NCBI GenBank assembly: GCA_963825525.1
Contig: CAWGTN010000002.1
Location: forward strand, 928,001 to 992,000
Direction: 5' to 3'
Length of the DNA: 64,000 nucleotides
Source of the DNA: an uncultured Chloroflexia bacterium
GTDB taxonomy: Bacteria > Chloroflexota > Limnocylindria > QHBO01
Shown piece by piece: positions 1 through 11,903 of this stretch (within the stretch, counting starts at the first letter, position 1; every line of letters begins with the position of its first letter). A model generated the notes under the pieces. The model ran no database searches. It worked only from the letters and a program-made list of their open reading frames with translations, and was not told the DNA's origin. The translations under genes and the position numbers were made by a program.

Positions 1-1420
1 GTCGGCGGGCTCGGACGGGCGCGACCCGAACCAGAGCATCGTCTCTTCCGACTCGAGCGGTGCGTCGAGCCCGATCGACGCCGCGAAATCCGGCTCACTC
101 TCCGGCTCGTCCGAGCCGCTGCGAATCCTGCGACTCGGACGCCTCCACACCGGCGTCGTCGAGCGACTCGACGTCCTCGGCGCGTTCGTTGGGTGCGTCA
201 GTGCAGCGCCGATGGGGCAGTCGGCTCCGCCTTCGGCAACGGGTCATCCCAGCCTGCGGCGTCCGGCGTCCACCAGTCGGGCTCCTCGATCACCGCTGTG
301 TAGCGGTTCCGGTCCCAGGATTCCTCCCGCACGATGCCCGAATCTTCAGCGGGCGGTGGCTCGGTGCCAGCCGCCGACTCCATCGCGGCCACGGGTTCTG
401 GCTCTGGTTCGGGCTCGGGCTCTGGCTCTGGTTCTGGTTGCGGTTCTGGTTCGGGCTCTGGGCTGGCTCCGGTTCTGGTTCTGGCGCTGGCGCTGGTTCC
501 GGCTCGCGGCTGGCGCAGGTTCCGGCTCGCGGCTCAGGTTCCGGCTCGGACTCAGGTTCCGGCTCGGACTCATGCTCGGGTTCCGGCTCGGGCTCAGGCT
601 CGGGTTCCGGCTCGGCATCGGCGTCGATCATCTGTTCGGCAACCGGCAGCTCGCGGGGCAGGCTGGCGTCTGCGCCATCGACAGAGCCAGCGACCGCCTC
701 GTCGCCCGCGTCGAGGGCTGCCTGCAGAGCCGCGAAGGCAGCTCCCGCCTCGACGCTGCCGGGAAGCTCGGCCGGGCTCGGGTCCTCCGCTCGGGCAAGG
801 GCCTCGGCGAAGTCCTCGACGAAGTGGGCCCGACTGCGACGCCGCGGCGTGGGTGTCTCGGCGACATCATCGGCGGACTCATTCGACGCCTCACGGTCCG
901 GCGCCTGCCGCGGGCTCGTGGCCGCCGACGGGGTGCCGGCCACGGGCTGCTCGGCCGCGGCCATCGGTTCCGGCTCGGGCTCCGGCCCCGGCTCCGGTGG
1001 CGGACTCGCGCGGGGAGCCGACGGTCGTGGCGTCGGGGCCGGAGCCGGACCACCGAACGGCAGCCGCAGATCCATGCGTGCCTCGAGCACGTCCACGCGC
1101 GACCGGAGCGACGCGACCTCGCCGCGAGCCTCCCCCAGGGCGAGGAGGGCCTGGCCATATCGCTCGGTCAGGTTGCGAAACTCGGTCAGGAGCTCACGGA
1201 ACGGCGACGCCTCCACCTCGGTGCTCGACGCATCACGATGACCGTTCGAGCGCGGAGCCTCACCCACCGCGGCGGGGGCCGGACGTGGCTGGAGGAAGAC
1301 GCGCATGCCCGTCTCTCCCTCCGGCGTCCCGGAGAGGACACCGCGGGCCAGCAGCTCCCAGACGCGCTCCGTTGGCACGCCGAGCACTGATGCCGCCTCG
1401 GTGACCGAATAGCCATCCAT
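1..1420 (-). CDS. HTH (MerR/Xis-like) N-terminal domain protein with coiled coil and long acidic Glu-Pro low-complexity tail; frameshifted, probably runs off the window
   Basis: ORF 290..1420 begins [27 protein letters not shown] (HTH-like), then a coiled coil and (EP)n; acidic sequence continues in another frame (198..392). Confidence 0.6.
395..615 (-). repeat. Coding 6-nt tandem repeat (GARCCN)n encoding Glu-Pro repeats
   Basis: Runs of ggttctggctctggttcgggctc... on the + strand, translating to EPEPEP on the - strand. Confidence 0.85.
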
Positions 1421-1471
1421 TGAGCCGCTAGGGTAGCGTTTCGGCTCAAGCGCAGGAACGAGCTCCCCTGA

Positions 1472-2748
1472 TCAGCCGGTCAGCTCGAGCAGCGAGTCCC
1501 GAAGCCGATCCAGCTCCTCGAGCGTGTTGTAGTGGACGAAGCCGATGCGGAGCAGCCCGCCAGCATCGGCGAGTCCCATGTGTCGCACGAGCTCCCACGC
1601 GTAGAAGTCGCCGTCCCATGCGCTGATCCCCCGCCTCGCCAGGTGCTCGGCGATCTCTCGCGGTTCATGCCCGGCGAGCGTGAACGAGAAGGTCGGCACC
1701 CGTTCGCCGACCCGTGCCGGATCGACGATGCCGTGCATCGTCAGTCCGGGCAGGCTCCCGATTCGCTCGAGCACGGCCAGCGACATCACGCGCTCGTGGA
1801 CGTGGATCGCCGACATCGCGGCACGCAGTCGGCCCCGCCGATCCGAGCGATCGCCGGCCTCGCCGTAGGCGGCACCCAGCGATTCAAGATATTCGAACGT
1901 CCCGAGCAGGCCCGCCAGCGCCTCGTGGTTCTGGGTACCCACCTCGAGCTTGCCCGGCAACTCGGCGCCGGCGGGGCGCACGCGATACGCGTCAAGCCGC
2001 TCGAGAAGGTCGCGCCGCCCGTAGAGCATGCCGAGGTGCGGGGCGAAGAACTTGTAGGGACTCGTGACCAGGAGGTCCGCTTGCAGCGCCGATACGTCGA
2101 TCGGCAGGTGCGGTGCCGCGTGGACCGCATCGACGTAGACGATGGCGCCCACCGCGTGTGCCGCCTCGATGACGCGGCCCGACATCGGTGACGGTCCCGA
2201 GGGCATTCGAGGCCAGGCCGATGGCCACGATCCGCGTCCGTGAGCCCACGACCTCCGAGAGTGCGTCAAGGTCGAGTGCCGTGCGGTCGTCGGTGAGCTC
2301 GAGCCAGCGCACCGTCGCGCCGCGGTCGGCGGCGACGGCAAGCCAGGGAGCAACGTTCGCATCGTGATCCAGACGCGTGACGACGACCTCGTCACCGGGA
2401 CCCAGATCCCGCCCGAGCGCGCGGCTGGTGCTGAACGTGATCGTGGTCATGTTCGGCCCGAACGAGATCTCGTCCGGATCATGGGCTCCCAGGAAATCGG
2501 CGCCCGCCGAATGGACTTCGTGGAGGAGCGCATCGGTCTCGACCGATGCCGTGAAGGCACCGCCATGGTTCGCGTTCGAGCGCTCGAGGTAGGTCGAGAT
2601 CGCCGCGATGCACTCGCGCGGGACCTGGGTCCCGCCCGGGCCGTCGAGGTAGGCGACCGGCACCCCGTTCACCATCCGTGAGAGGGCCGGGAAGTGATCG
2701 CGCACGGCGGCCACGATCCAGGCCCCGGCGCTCGCTCAACGACGTCAT
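1472..2748 (-). CDS. Cysteine desulfurase-like class V PLP aminotransferase; frameshifted
   Basis: N-part has AYLDGPGGTQVP and LDHDANVAPW (1992..2714). C-part has VDAVHAAPH, SPYKFF and GTQNHE (1472..2395). Frames join near 2185 and 2715. Confidence 0.88.
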
Positions 2749-2789
2749 GGCGTCCATGCTACGACGCATCGCCGCTATCATCCCCCCTC

Positions 2790-4948
2790 GTGACCACATC
2801 CCTCCGCGTCCCGACCGTCTCGGGCCACGAATTCAACCTGCCGGCCGGGCTCGAGGGCCTCGGTGAGCTCGCCTACAACCTGTGGTGGAGCTGGACGCCC
2901 CGGGCACAGGCGATCTTCAGCCGCATCGATTCCGGCATGTGGATTCGCTATCGAAACCCCATCCGGGTGTTGCGCGCGGTCGACGCCGCACGCTGGGCCG
3001 AGTTGGCGGGTGACGAGGACTTCCTTGTCGATGTGAGCCGCGTCCTCGACGAGTTCGAGCGCTACCTGGGCAACGGCTCGGACTCGTGGTACGCGGACTC
3101 GCCCGAGCGCGCGCTGGCCGGCCCGGTCGCCTACTTCTGCGCGGAGTTCGGGATCCACGAGTCGATGCAGATCTACTCAGGTGGTCTCGGTGTCCTCGCC
3201 GGCGACCACTGCAAGTCCGCGTCCGACGCTGCCATCCCGTTCATCGCGCGTCGGACTCCTGTATCGGCGCGGCTACTTCCGGCAGCAGATCGACGCCGAC
3301 GGACACCAGGAGCATGCGCAGCCGGACCTCGACCCGTCACAGCTGCCACTTCGACGCGCCCGGGGGCGCGATGGGGCGCCGCTGCAGGTCAGCGTCGAGA
3401 TCGCGGACCGGGTGGTGCACGCCGCGGTCTGGGTCGCGCAGGTCGGTCGGGCACCGGTCCTGCTGCTCGACACCGACGTTCCCGCCAACGACCCGTCCGA
3501 TCGGCCGATCACGCACATCCTCTATGTGCGCGGCCGCGAGATGCGGCTGTGCCAGGAGCTCGTGCTCGGCATCGGCGGCGTACGTGCACTTCGCGCCCTG
3601 GGGATCGATCCGGCCGTGTGGCACCTCAACGAGGGCCACTCGGCGTTCCTCCTCGTCGAGCGCGCGGGCGAGCTCATGGACGCCGAGCCGGGCCTGTCCG
3701 CTGCCGAGGCGCTGCGGCGCGTGGGCCGCTCGTCGGTCTTCACCATCCACACGCCCGTCCCCGCCGGCAACGAGGTGTTCGCCCGGGACCTGGTCGCCGG
3801 AGCGCTCGACCGCTGGTTCCGCAGCGCGCACATGGAGCCGACGGAGCTGCTCGAGCTGGGCCGGGGACATACCGATGATCCCAACGCCCCGTTCGACATG
3901 ACCGCGTTCGTGCTGCGCCACGCGGTGGGGGCGAACGCCGTGAGCAGGCTCCACGCCGACACCGCCACCGCGACGTGGCAGGACCTGGCGGGCCACCCCA
4001 TCGACGCCATCACGAACGGGGTCCACGTGCCGACCTGGCTCGGCCGGCCCGTACGGCGGTTGATCCAGCGCGCGATCGGCGTCCCACTCGGAAGCGACAT
4101 GCATGGCCCGGAGATGCTGGGCAAGCTCGGCGAGGTCGACGGCCGCGAGCTGTGGGCCGCGCATCAGCAGCAGAAGCGCGAGATGGGTGGCTTCCTGGAA
4201 GGAAGGCTGGCGCGCCAATTTGCGCGTCACGGCGAGTCGCCGGGCACGCTGCGCTCAATCCGCGGAGTGCTCAACGAGGACGCCCTGACCATCGGCTTCG
4301 CGCGACGGTTTGCGACCTACAAGCGAGCCGCCCTCCTGTTCAGCGACGAGGAGCGCCTGTCCCGGATCCTGGATGCCGCCGATCGGCCGGTGCAGATCAT
4401 CATCGCCGGCAAGGCGCACCCGGCCGATCGCCCTGGCCAGCAGGTGATCCAGCACATCTTCGAGCTCTCCCGCTCGGAGCGGCTGCGCGGGCGCGTGTTC
4501 ATCGTCGAGGACTACGACATGCGCATCGGAAGATTCCTGGTCGGCGGGGTCGACATCTGGCTCAACAACCCGCGCCGTCCGCATGGAGGCGTCGGGCACC
4601 TCGGGCATGAAGGCGGCGATCAACGGGATCCCGTCCCTCTCGGTCCTGGACGGTTGGTGGGACGAGGGCTTCAACGGTGAGAACGGGTGGGCCATCGGCG
4701 GCCGTGAGCCGATCGGTGACGAGGCCGCCCAGGACGCTGCCGACGCCGGCGAGCTCTACCGGTTGCTGGAGGACGAGATCGTTCCGAAGTTCTTCGCTCG
4801 CGACGCCGATGGGCTGCCTGTCGATTGGCTGCCCGTGATGCGCGCGTCCATCGAGGGTGCCCTGTGGCAGTTCAGCACCGCCCGGATGCTGACCGAGTAC
4901 GTGGACCGGCTGTACCTGCCCGCGGTCCGCAGCACGGTCGGCTCCTGA
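2790..4948 (+). CDS. glgP: Alpha-glucan (glycogen/starch) phosphorylase; two frameshifts
   Basis: LAYNLWWSW, YSGGLGVLAGDH, HLNEGH, FARRFATYKR and EASGTSGMKAAING across three frames (2694..3878, 3181..4680, 4583..4948). Confidence 0.92.
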
Positions 4949-4962
4949 GCCGATCCCGCCTG

Positions 4963-6426
4963 CTAGGGCAGGTAGTTCCGAGGGTTCTCCCAGACGCCGC
5001 TGTGGTTGACGGCGAAGTGCACGTGGCATCCGGTCGAGTTGCCGGTTGATCCCTCGTAGCCGATGACCGATTCGCTGGTCACGATCGTTCCGGGCCCCAC
5101 GACCACTCGCGGCTGCATGTGCCAGTACCACGTCTGGATCCCGTTCCCATGGTCGACGACGACCCCGATAGCCGGAATCCCACGGCCGCAACGGCTGGCC
5201 CGAGGCAACGACGACGCCTGCGCCGACGGAGTAGATCGGGGTGCCACACCCGTTGGCGAAGTCGATGCCGGCATGGAAGTGCGGGTAGTACGTGCCGCCG
5301 ATAGGTGTACGGCGGCTCAAGGACGAAGTTCGGTCGGCCCCCATTCCTGGGTGACGCGAACGGGCGCTCGGGCCATCGGAACCCGTAGTTGGAGGTCGCA
5401 TTGGCGGCGGCGGCGGCATCGCGGGCCGCCTGGTCAGGTGCCGCCTGCTCCTGCGCTCGTCGGGCGGCTTCGGCGGCGGCGCGGGCCTTTGCTTCGGCGA
5501 TGGCCGCCTGCTGTGCCGAGGCCTGCTGCTGGAGCTGCTGAGCCAGGCTGGTGGCTGCCGCGCGCGGCGGCCTCGTTGTCGGCGATCTGCTGCTCGACGT
5601 TGCCCTTGGCCTCGAGCGCCGCATTCAGCGCCGCGGCCTGCTCCGCGCGTCGACGATCGGCCGCTGCCTGGAGCTCCTTGAGCCGGGCCTCGAGTGCCGT
5701 CAGCTCGTCTCGACGCTGCTTCAGGCTCGCTTCCTCGTCGCGCGCGACCGCGCGCGCATCGGCGAGGGCGCGTCGGCCCTCGGCCAACGTGGCGCGGCGC
5801 GTCTCGAGCTCTTCGCGAATGGCGCGGATGTCGTTGGCCAGGGCAGTGTCCTGCTCCGACACGTTCATCAGATAGCCGACCTGGGTCGTCGCCTGGTCGA
5901 GCGAACCGGCGGACAGGATGACTTCGAGCAGCGAGGTCTGGCTGCGTTCGTAGGCGGAGCGAAGGTGGTCCTGGAGGAGCGCCTCGCGCGCCTCGAGGTC
6001 CGTCGTCCGTCGATGGATGTCGTTCGCCACCTGGATCAGCTCGACATCCAGCTCGGCGATCTGCGCTCGCAGCTCCGCGATTCGGGCCTCGATGTCCGCC
6101 ACCTGGGTGCGAACCTGCTCGAGCAGCGCCGCCACGCGCTCGTATTCGGCGGTCACGGCGCCAAGCTCGGCCTCGGCCAGGTCGAGCTGCGTGTCGAGGT
6201 CGGCGGACTTGCGCTGAAGCTGTGCGAGCTGGGCGCGCTGCTGCTGGAGGGTAGCCTCCAGCGACTGCTGCGCCGACTGTGCGTCTGCGAGCTGTGCGCG
6301 GGTCTCGGCCAGCTTGGCCTCGGGATCAGCGGCAAGGGCCGAGCCGCTGGGCTGAGTTGTGACGACGCTCCATCCAACCGTCAGCAGGGCGACGAACGTG
6401 ACGGCGAGACGAGACCGCCGCCTCAT
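4963..6426 (-). CDS. Secreted coiled-coil M23 family peptidase (EnvC/NlpD-like); frameshifted
   Basis: Signal peptide MRRRSRLAVTFVALL, long coiled coil, then HAGIDFA, YWHM and GSTGNSTGCHVHF in shifted frames. Confidence 0.85.
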
Positions 6427-6588
6427 CGAGCGGTGATCAGGTGCTGCACTATGCCCTTTGCCCCGTAGCGAGAGATGTTCGGGGCGATGGTGCCCGAAGC
6501 CTGGTGGCCGCGGAACGGGCCCCAAAGTACTACACCTGTCTAGTCCGTGTGGGTCTCGGCCTTGCCCGACACCCGGTACCTGCGCCGA

Positions 6589-7626
6589 TCAGTCGTCCTC
6601 GTCGCGCTTCGTCAAGCGGCCGATCACGACGCCCAGCAGCGCGCCCGCGCCGAGCACCACCGCCCGCGGAATCCCTCGTTTCGGCATGCCGGCGGGGACC
6701 GGTGGCGGCTCGGTCAGCACCGGCAGCAGCCGCGGATCGGCAACCGTTGTCGGGGCGCGCTGGTCGTCGATGGCGCTGGCACGCGCGAACTCCGCGCCCA
6801 ACAGCACGATCACGCTCGCGAAGTACAGGAACACGAGCAGCGTGATACCGGTCGAGATCGGGCCGAAGGCGCTCTCGTAGTTCGCGACGCTGGTGGCGTA
6901 CCAGGTAAAGCCGAAGCGCAGGATCGTCCACAGGACGGCCGCCACGATGGCGCCCGGCAGGACCTCGCCCCAGGTCACCGGGCGGTTCGGGACCACGCGG
7001 TAGATGACCCAGAACGCCAGGAAGATGAGGAGGATGGGTACGAAGAAGCCGATGAGCCACAGCGCCGTCGCCCCGCCCGGAATGCCCGCGACCACGTCCG
7101 CAGCCGCCTCCTGCAGGATGCCGGTCACGATCCCGATGACCACCGACCCGACCGCCAGGATCCCGGTCAGAGCCATGAGGAACAGGCCGATGAGCTTGTC
7201 CTTGAGGAACGGCCGCGGCGGGGCATTCTCGAAGACGCGACCGATCCCGGTCGAGATGGCGGAGAAGACCCCCAGGGCGCTCCAGGCCAGGAACGCGACG
7301 CTGATGAGCGTCATGCTGCCCCGGGACTCGATGACCGAGTCGATGATCCCGCCGATCGTGTCGGCGTCGAGCGGCGAGCCGGCCCCGGCCTGGTCGATGA
7401 TGAACTGCCGCGCCTCGCCGTCGCCGAGAAAGATCGAGCCGAGCACGACGCCGAGGACCAGCAGCTGGAAGACGGAGAGCACCGCGAAGTAGGCCATGCT
7501 CCCGGCGAACTGCAGCGCCTGGTGGCTCATGAACCCGCTCATAGCGCGGCGCGAGACCCGGGGGATGCGGTGACTGAGGCTCCACTCGTCGAGGTCGGCG
7601 AGGAGCCCCTTTGCTCGGTTGATCAT
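6589..7626 (-). CDS. YihY/virulence factor BrkB family inner membrane protein
   Basis: AGSMAYFAVLS, IYRVVPNR, YESAFG..ITLLVFLYFASVIVLLGAEF; multiple TM helices. Confidence 0.9.
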   Translation of the reverse strand: MINRAKGLLADLDEWSLSHRIPRVSRRAMSGFMSHQALQFAGSMAYFAVLSVFQLLVLGVVLGSIFLGDGEARQFIIDQAGAGSPLDADTIGGIIDSVIESRGSMTLISVAFLAWSALGVFSAISTGIGRVFENAPPRPFLKDKLIGLFLMALTGILAVGSVVIGIVTGILQEAAADVVAGIPGGATALWLIGFFVPILLIFLAFWVIYRVVPNRPVTWGEVLPGAIVAAVLWTILRFGFTWYATSVANYESAFGPISTGITLLVFLYFASVIVLLGAEFARASAIDDQRAPTTVADPRLLPVLTEPPPVPAGMPKRGIPRAVVLGAGALLGVVIGRLTKRDEDD

Positions 7627-7684
7627 CGGGTCATCCTTTCCGCAAGGCACGTGCCCGCTCGATCTTCAGGCTACCCTGTCACCC

Positions 7685-9103
7685 ATGCCGCGCCGCGAAA
7701 CCGAGCTCCTGCAGCTCGACGGTCACGAGGTCACGATCAGCAACCCGGGGAAGGTCTTCTTCGCCGATGCGGGCGTCACGAAGCTCGACCTCGTCCGGTA
7801 CTACGTCGACGTCGCCGAGGGCGCATTACTCGGCGTCCGCGATCGACCGATGGCGCTCAAGCGGTTCGTGGACGGTGCCGGTGGTGAGGCCTTCTTCCAG
7901 AAGCGCGCTCCGAAATCGGTCCCGGAGTTCGTGCGGACCGTGGAGCTTTCGTTTCCATCGGGCCGCACGGCGGACGAGGTGGTGGTCGACAACGCCGCGG
8001 CGCTGGCGTGGGTCATCAACCTCGGCTGCATCGACCTCAACCCGCACCCGGTGCGATCCGGGGACCTTGATCATCCGGACGAGCTGCGCGTGGATCTCGA
8101 CCCCGGCCCGGGCGTAGGATTCGATGACGTGCGGTCCGTGGCGCTCGTCGTGCGCGAGGTGCTCGAGGAGCTCGGCTACACCGCTTGGCCGAAGACCTCG
8201 GGATCACGTGGCATCCACGTCTACGTCCGGATCGAGCCCAACTGGGCCTTCAGTGACGTCCGACGCAGCGCGCTGGCTCTGGCCCGCGAGGTTGAACGTC
8301 GCGCCCCGGAGATCGCCACCAGCAAGTGGTGGAAGGAGGAGCGCCACGGCGTCTTCCTCGACTACAACCAGAACGCGAAGGACCGCACGGTGGCATCGGT
8401 CTACTCCGTGCGCCCACGCCCTGATGCCACGGTCAGCGCGCCGCTGACCTGGGACGAGCTGCCGGACGCGGAGCTCGGCGACTTCACCGTGCGGACGGTC
8501 CCGGAACGCTACGCGCGACTCGGCGACGTGGGTGCCGGCATCGAGGAACGCCGTCACTCATTGGAACCGCTGCTCGAGCTGGTCGAGCGTCAGGAGCGCG
8601 AGGGACTGGGCGACGCGCCATGGCCGCCCCACTACGCCAAGCAGGCCGGGGAGCCGCCTCGGGTGCAGCCGTCCAAGCGTCGTCGCGCTCCGACGGGCAC
8701 GCCCACTGATCCCACCGCCCCGCGCGGTCGAGCGGGTTCGGTGGCGCCCCCCATGCCACAGGCCCCGGCTCGGAACCCGGACGGCAGCGTCCCGCCGACC
8801 GGAAGGCGCCGGTCGACCCAGCCGCTGCTCGTCATCGGCCAGGCCGCCGACAAGGCGGACGCACTGGCGGGGCTCGATCGATGGCGCGACCGCCACCCGG
8901 ACGCCGCGAACCACGTCCGCGACCCCGAGGATGTCCTGGTCGACGCCATGCGCGGCCGGTACAAGGTGTGGTGGCGGGTTCGCGTCAATCTCCGCAACGT
9001 CCCGGAGGCGCTGCGCCCCGCCGCCGAGCCACCGGACCCCGACTACGACCCGACGACCGAGTGGATTGATCCCGTCACCCCGGATGAGGAGGCATCGAGT
9101 TGA
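7685..9103 (+). CDS. LigD polymerase-domain (AEP Prim-Pol) protein with C-terminal extension (Prim-PolD/PolD2-like)
   Basis: ISNPGKVFF, FFQKRAP, ELRVDLDP, KTSGSRGIHVY, FLDYNQNAKDRTVASVYSVR; extra C-terminal domain DVLVDAMRGRYKVWWRVRVNL. Confidence 0.9.
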   Translation: MPRRETELLQLDGHEVTISNPGKVFFADAGVTKLDLVRYYVDVAEGALLGVRDRPMALKRFVDGAGGEAFFQKRAPKSVPEFVRTVELSFPSGRTADEVVVDNAAALAWVINLGCIDLNPHPVRSGDLDHPDELRVDLDPGPGVGFDDVRSVALVVREVLEELGYTAWPKTSGSRGIHVYVRIEPNWAFSDVRRSALALAREVERRAPEIATSKWWKEERHGVFLDYNQNAKDRTVASVYSVRPRPDATVSAPLTWDELPDAELGDFTVRTVPERYARLGDVGAGIEERRHSLEPLLELVERQEREGLGDAPWPPHYAKQAGEPPRVQPSKRRRAPTGTPTDPTAPRGRAGSVAPPMPQAPARNPDGSVPPTGRRRSTQPLLVIGQAADKADALAGLDRWRDRHPDAANHVRDPEDVLVDAMRGRYKVWWRVRVNLRNVPEALRPAAEPPDPDYDPTTEWIDPVTPDEEASS

Positions 9104-9558
9104 CCGACCGCCAGGAGCTGCTGCGCCGATACGAATCCGGCGCGGACGAAGTGGATGCCGCGCTTGCCGGAGTCACCGACGAGAAGCTCGACCAGCGCCC
9201 CGCCGATGGAGGATGGACGGCACGCCAGGTGGCGCACCATCTGGCCGACAGCGAGGCCATGGCATACATCCGGCTGCGCCGCCTGGTGGCCGACGACGAG
9301 GCTCGCATCGAGGGCTACGACGAGCCGCGCTGGGCGATGCGCCTGCACTATGAACGTCCGATCCCCGACTCGATGGCGGTGGTCCGGGCCGTCCGCGCCG
9401 GCAGCCTCGGGCTGCTCAAGATGCTCAGCGAGGAGGAGTGGGGCCGCAGCGGAACCCATTCGGAGTCGGGCGCATACTCCATCCAGGACTGGCTGCGCAT
9501 CTACGCCGACCATTGCCACGAGCACGCCGACCAGATCCGTGCCGCGGTGGGCCGCTGA
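9100..9558 (+). CDS. DinB family protein
   Basis: WTARQVAHHLADSE and HCHEHADQI His motifs; overlaps the upstream stop codon. Confidence 0.85.
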   Translation: MTDRQELLRRYESGADEVDAALAGVTDEKLDQRPADGGWTARQVAHHLADSEAMAYIRLRRLVADDEARIEGYDEPRWAMRLHYERPIPDSMAVVRAVRAGSLGLLKMLSEEEWGRSGTHSESGAYSIQDWLRIYADHCHEHADQIRAAVGR

Positions 9559-9565
9559 AGGGCCG

Positions 9566-10156
9566 CTAGGGAGGGCCGATCCGCGCTGACAGGCGTTCCC
9601 GGATGGCAGGCCACTCGTCGCGGAGGATCGAGTAGTAGACCGTGTCGCGGATGTGGCCGTCGGGCAGGCGCATGTGACGACGCAGGACCCCTTCGCGGAC
9701 GGCTCCGAGACGCTCGATTGCCGCCTGCGACTGTGCATTTCTGCCATCGGTCTTGAGTGCGACGCGGCCCGCTCCAAGCTCATCGAAGGCATGGGTGAGC
9801 TGGAGCAGCTTCACCTCGCTGTTCAGCGCGGTCCGCCAGCGAGATGGCGCGAGCCACGTCCATCCGATCTCCAGCCGCTCGGAAGGCAGGTCGATGTCCC
9901 CGAACCGGCTCGACCCGACGGCCCGCCCCGTATCGAGGGCCACGGTCGCCCATACCACGAAGCGACCATCGGCCACGCCGGACGCGGCTTCGCCGTACCA
10001 CGCGTCCCACCCCATCCGGGCGAGGTCGGTGGCGAGGTAGCGCATGGCCGATGGGTCCTCGCCCGCCGCGAGCTCGAGGTCGGCTCGATGCCGGTCGGCC
10101 AGCGGCTCGAGCCGCACGGAACGCCCGGTGAGGGTGACCGGGACAGGCTGCCTCAC
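9566..10156 (-). CDS. GNAT family (RimJ/RimL-like) N-acetyltransferase
   Basis: LEIGWTWLA, KTDGRNAQSQAAIERLGAVREGVLRRH, RDTVYYSIL. Confidence 0.9.
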   Translation of the reverse strand: MRQPVPVTLTGRSVRLEPLADRHRADLELAAGEDPSAMRYLATDLARMGWDAWYGEAASGVADGRFVVWATVALDTGRAVGSSRFGDIDLPSERLEIGWTWLAPSRWRTALNSEVKLLQLTHAFDELGAGRVALKTDGRNAQSQAAIERLGAVREGVLRRHMRLPDGHIRDTVYYSILRDEWPAIRERLSARIGPP

Positions 10157-11842
10157 CGTCCGCGAGCGACGGCGGCCTCGACCCAGCCGGGGATCTCGCG
10201 GCGCAGGGTTGCCAGGGGCAGCGAGCCGTGGGCCAGGACCTCGTCGTGGAAGGCGCGAAGGTCGAACCGATCCCCCATCGCCGCGGTCACTTCCTCTCGA
10301 GCGCGCTCGATCTCACGCTGGCCGAGCTTGTAGCTGAGCGCCTGGCCGGGCCAGATCGTGTAGCGGTCGACTTCGATGGCCGCATCGACGGCTGGCAGCG
10401 AACCACGCTCGTGCATGAACTCGATGGCCTGCTCCCGGGTCCAGCCCATGGCATGCAACCCCGAGTCGACCACCAACCGAGCGGCGCGGAACGACTGGGC
10501 GTCGAGCATGCCGAGTCGCTCCTCATCCGACGCGTAGAGGCCCATCTCGTCGGCGAGTCGCTCGCAGTACAGACCCCATCCCTCGCTGTAGGCGACGCCC
10601 GCCATGCGCGAGCCGAGCGTTCGGAAGGCGGGCAGTCCCTGGAGCTCCATCTCGATCGCGATCTGGAAATGGTGGCCGGGCGTCGCTTCGTGGAAGGTGA
10701 TGGACGCGATCTTGTGGAGCTCGCGCTCGGCCGGCTGATAGGTGTTGATGTAGTACTGCCCCTGGCGCGATCCATCGACCGATGGCGGCATGTAGAAGGC
10801 CGGGGGCGAGTCGGCCTCGCGGTAGGCCTCGACAGCCTTCACGTAGCAGTTGGCCGATGGCAGGCGACCGAAGTACTCCGGAGCCACGGCGTAGGCGCGG
10901 TCGGTCTGCTCCTGTGCCAGGCGGACCAGATCGCCGGGCTCGTCGGTGTGATTCGACGGGTCCCCGGCGAGTGCCTTGCGAAGCGCGTGGCGATCGGCAT
11001 GACCGAGCCTGCGGGCGATCTCGTCCTTCTCCGCTTCGATCGACTCGAGGTCCGCGAGCCCGAACGCATGAACCTCCTCGGCCGACGTATCGATCGTGGT
11101 CTGCATCCGAATCGCGAGCCGATACGCTGCCTCGCCACCCGGGGTGGCCGACAGCCCCGGCTGTTGGCGCGCATGAGGCTCGTACTCGTCCACGAGGTAG
11201 GCGCGAAGGCGGCGCAGTGCCGCGTACACGTGGGTGCCGACGGCATCGGCGACCGTCGGTCGGTCGTCTTCGCGCACCTGGGCCATGGTGGTCGCCGCCG
11301 CCTCCGACGGGTCGACGCCGAGCATCCGATCGATCTGCTCGATCGTCCGTCGCACGGGCACCGCGGCCGCCGTGCGGCCATCGGCAACGCCCTCGGCCAG
11401 GGTGGTGATGTACTGCTCGATGAGCGCGGGGTATCGCTCGAGCCGGGTCAGCAGCATGGCCAGGCGCTCGTCCGTATCCGCCGGCTGGTACTGCGCGATC
11501 TCGGCGGGCCAGATCTGGGGGCCACTCATGTGGTCGATGGCCAGCTGGTACTGCTTCTGCGCCAGCGCCTCGAGGTGATTTTCGGTGACCAGGATGAGCA
11601 GGTCCCGCGTGATGATCTCCTCGGGACTGAGGCCGTCGGGCGCGATGGCCTGCGCCTCGGCGAGCGCCGAGCGGAAGGCGGCCTCCTCCTCTGCCCGACC
11701 ATCGGCTCCGAGGTTCGGCCATCGATCGTTGAAGCGCTCGTCGCCGAGGACGGTGGCCCACGTGCGGATCGCGCTGGAGCACGCCATCCCAGAATCGATC
11801 GGCGAGGTCGTTGACGGCGCTCGGCTGAAGGCTGACGGTCAC
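10153..11842 (-). CDS. DUF885 domain protein (putative metallopeptidase); frameshift near N-terminus
   Basis: HEATPGHHFQ, YSEGWGLYCE, RAARLVVDSGLH, PGQALSYKLG; N-terminus MTVSLQPSAVNDLADRFW in another frame with a GGGAGAG RBS. Confidence 0.88.
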
Positions 11843-11903
11843 GAGAATGAAGCTCTCCCTGGCACTGCGAACACTCTGACCCGCTGAGTCTAGCGTCCGC
11901 GCA

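Noticed and set aside
395-615. Tandem repeats as a CRISPR array
   Set aside because: The 6-nt period has no spacers and encodes Glu-Pro within a CDS; no cas genes are present.
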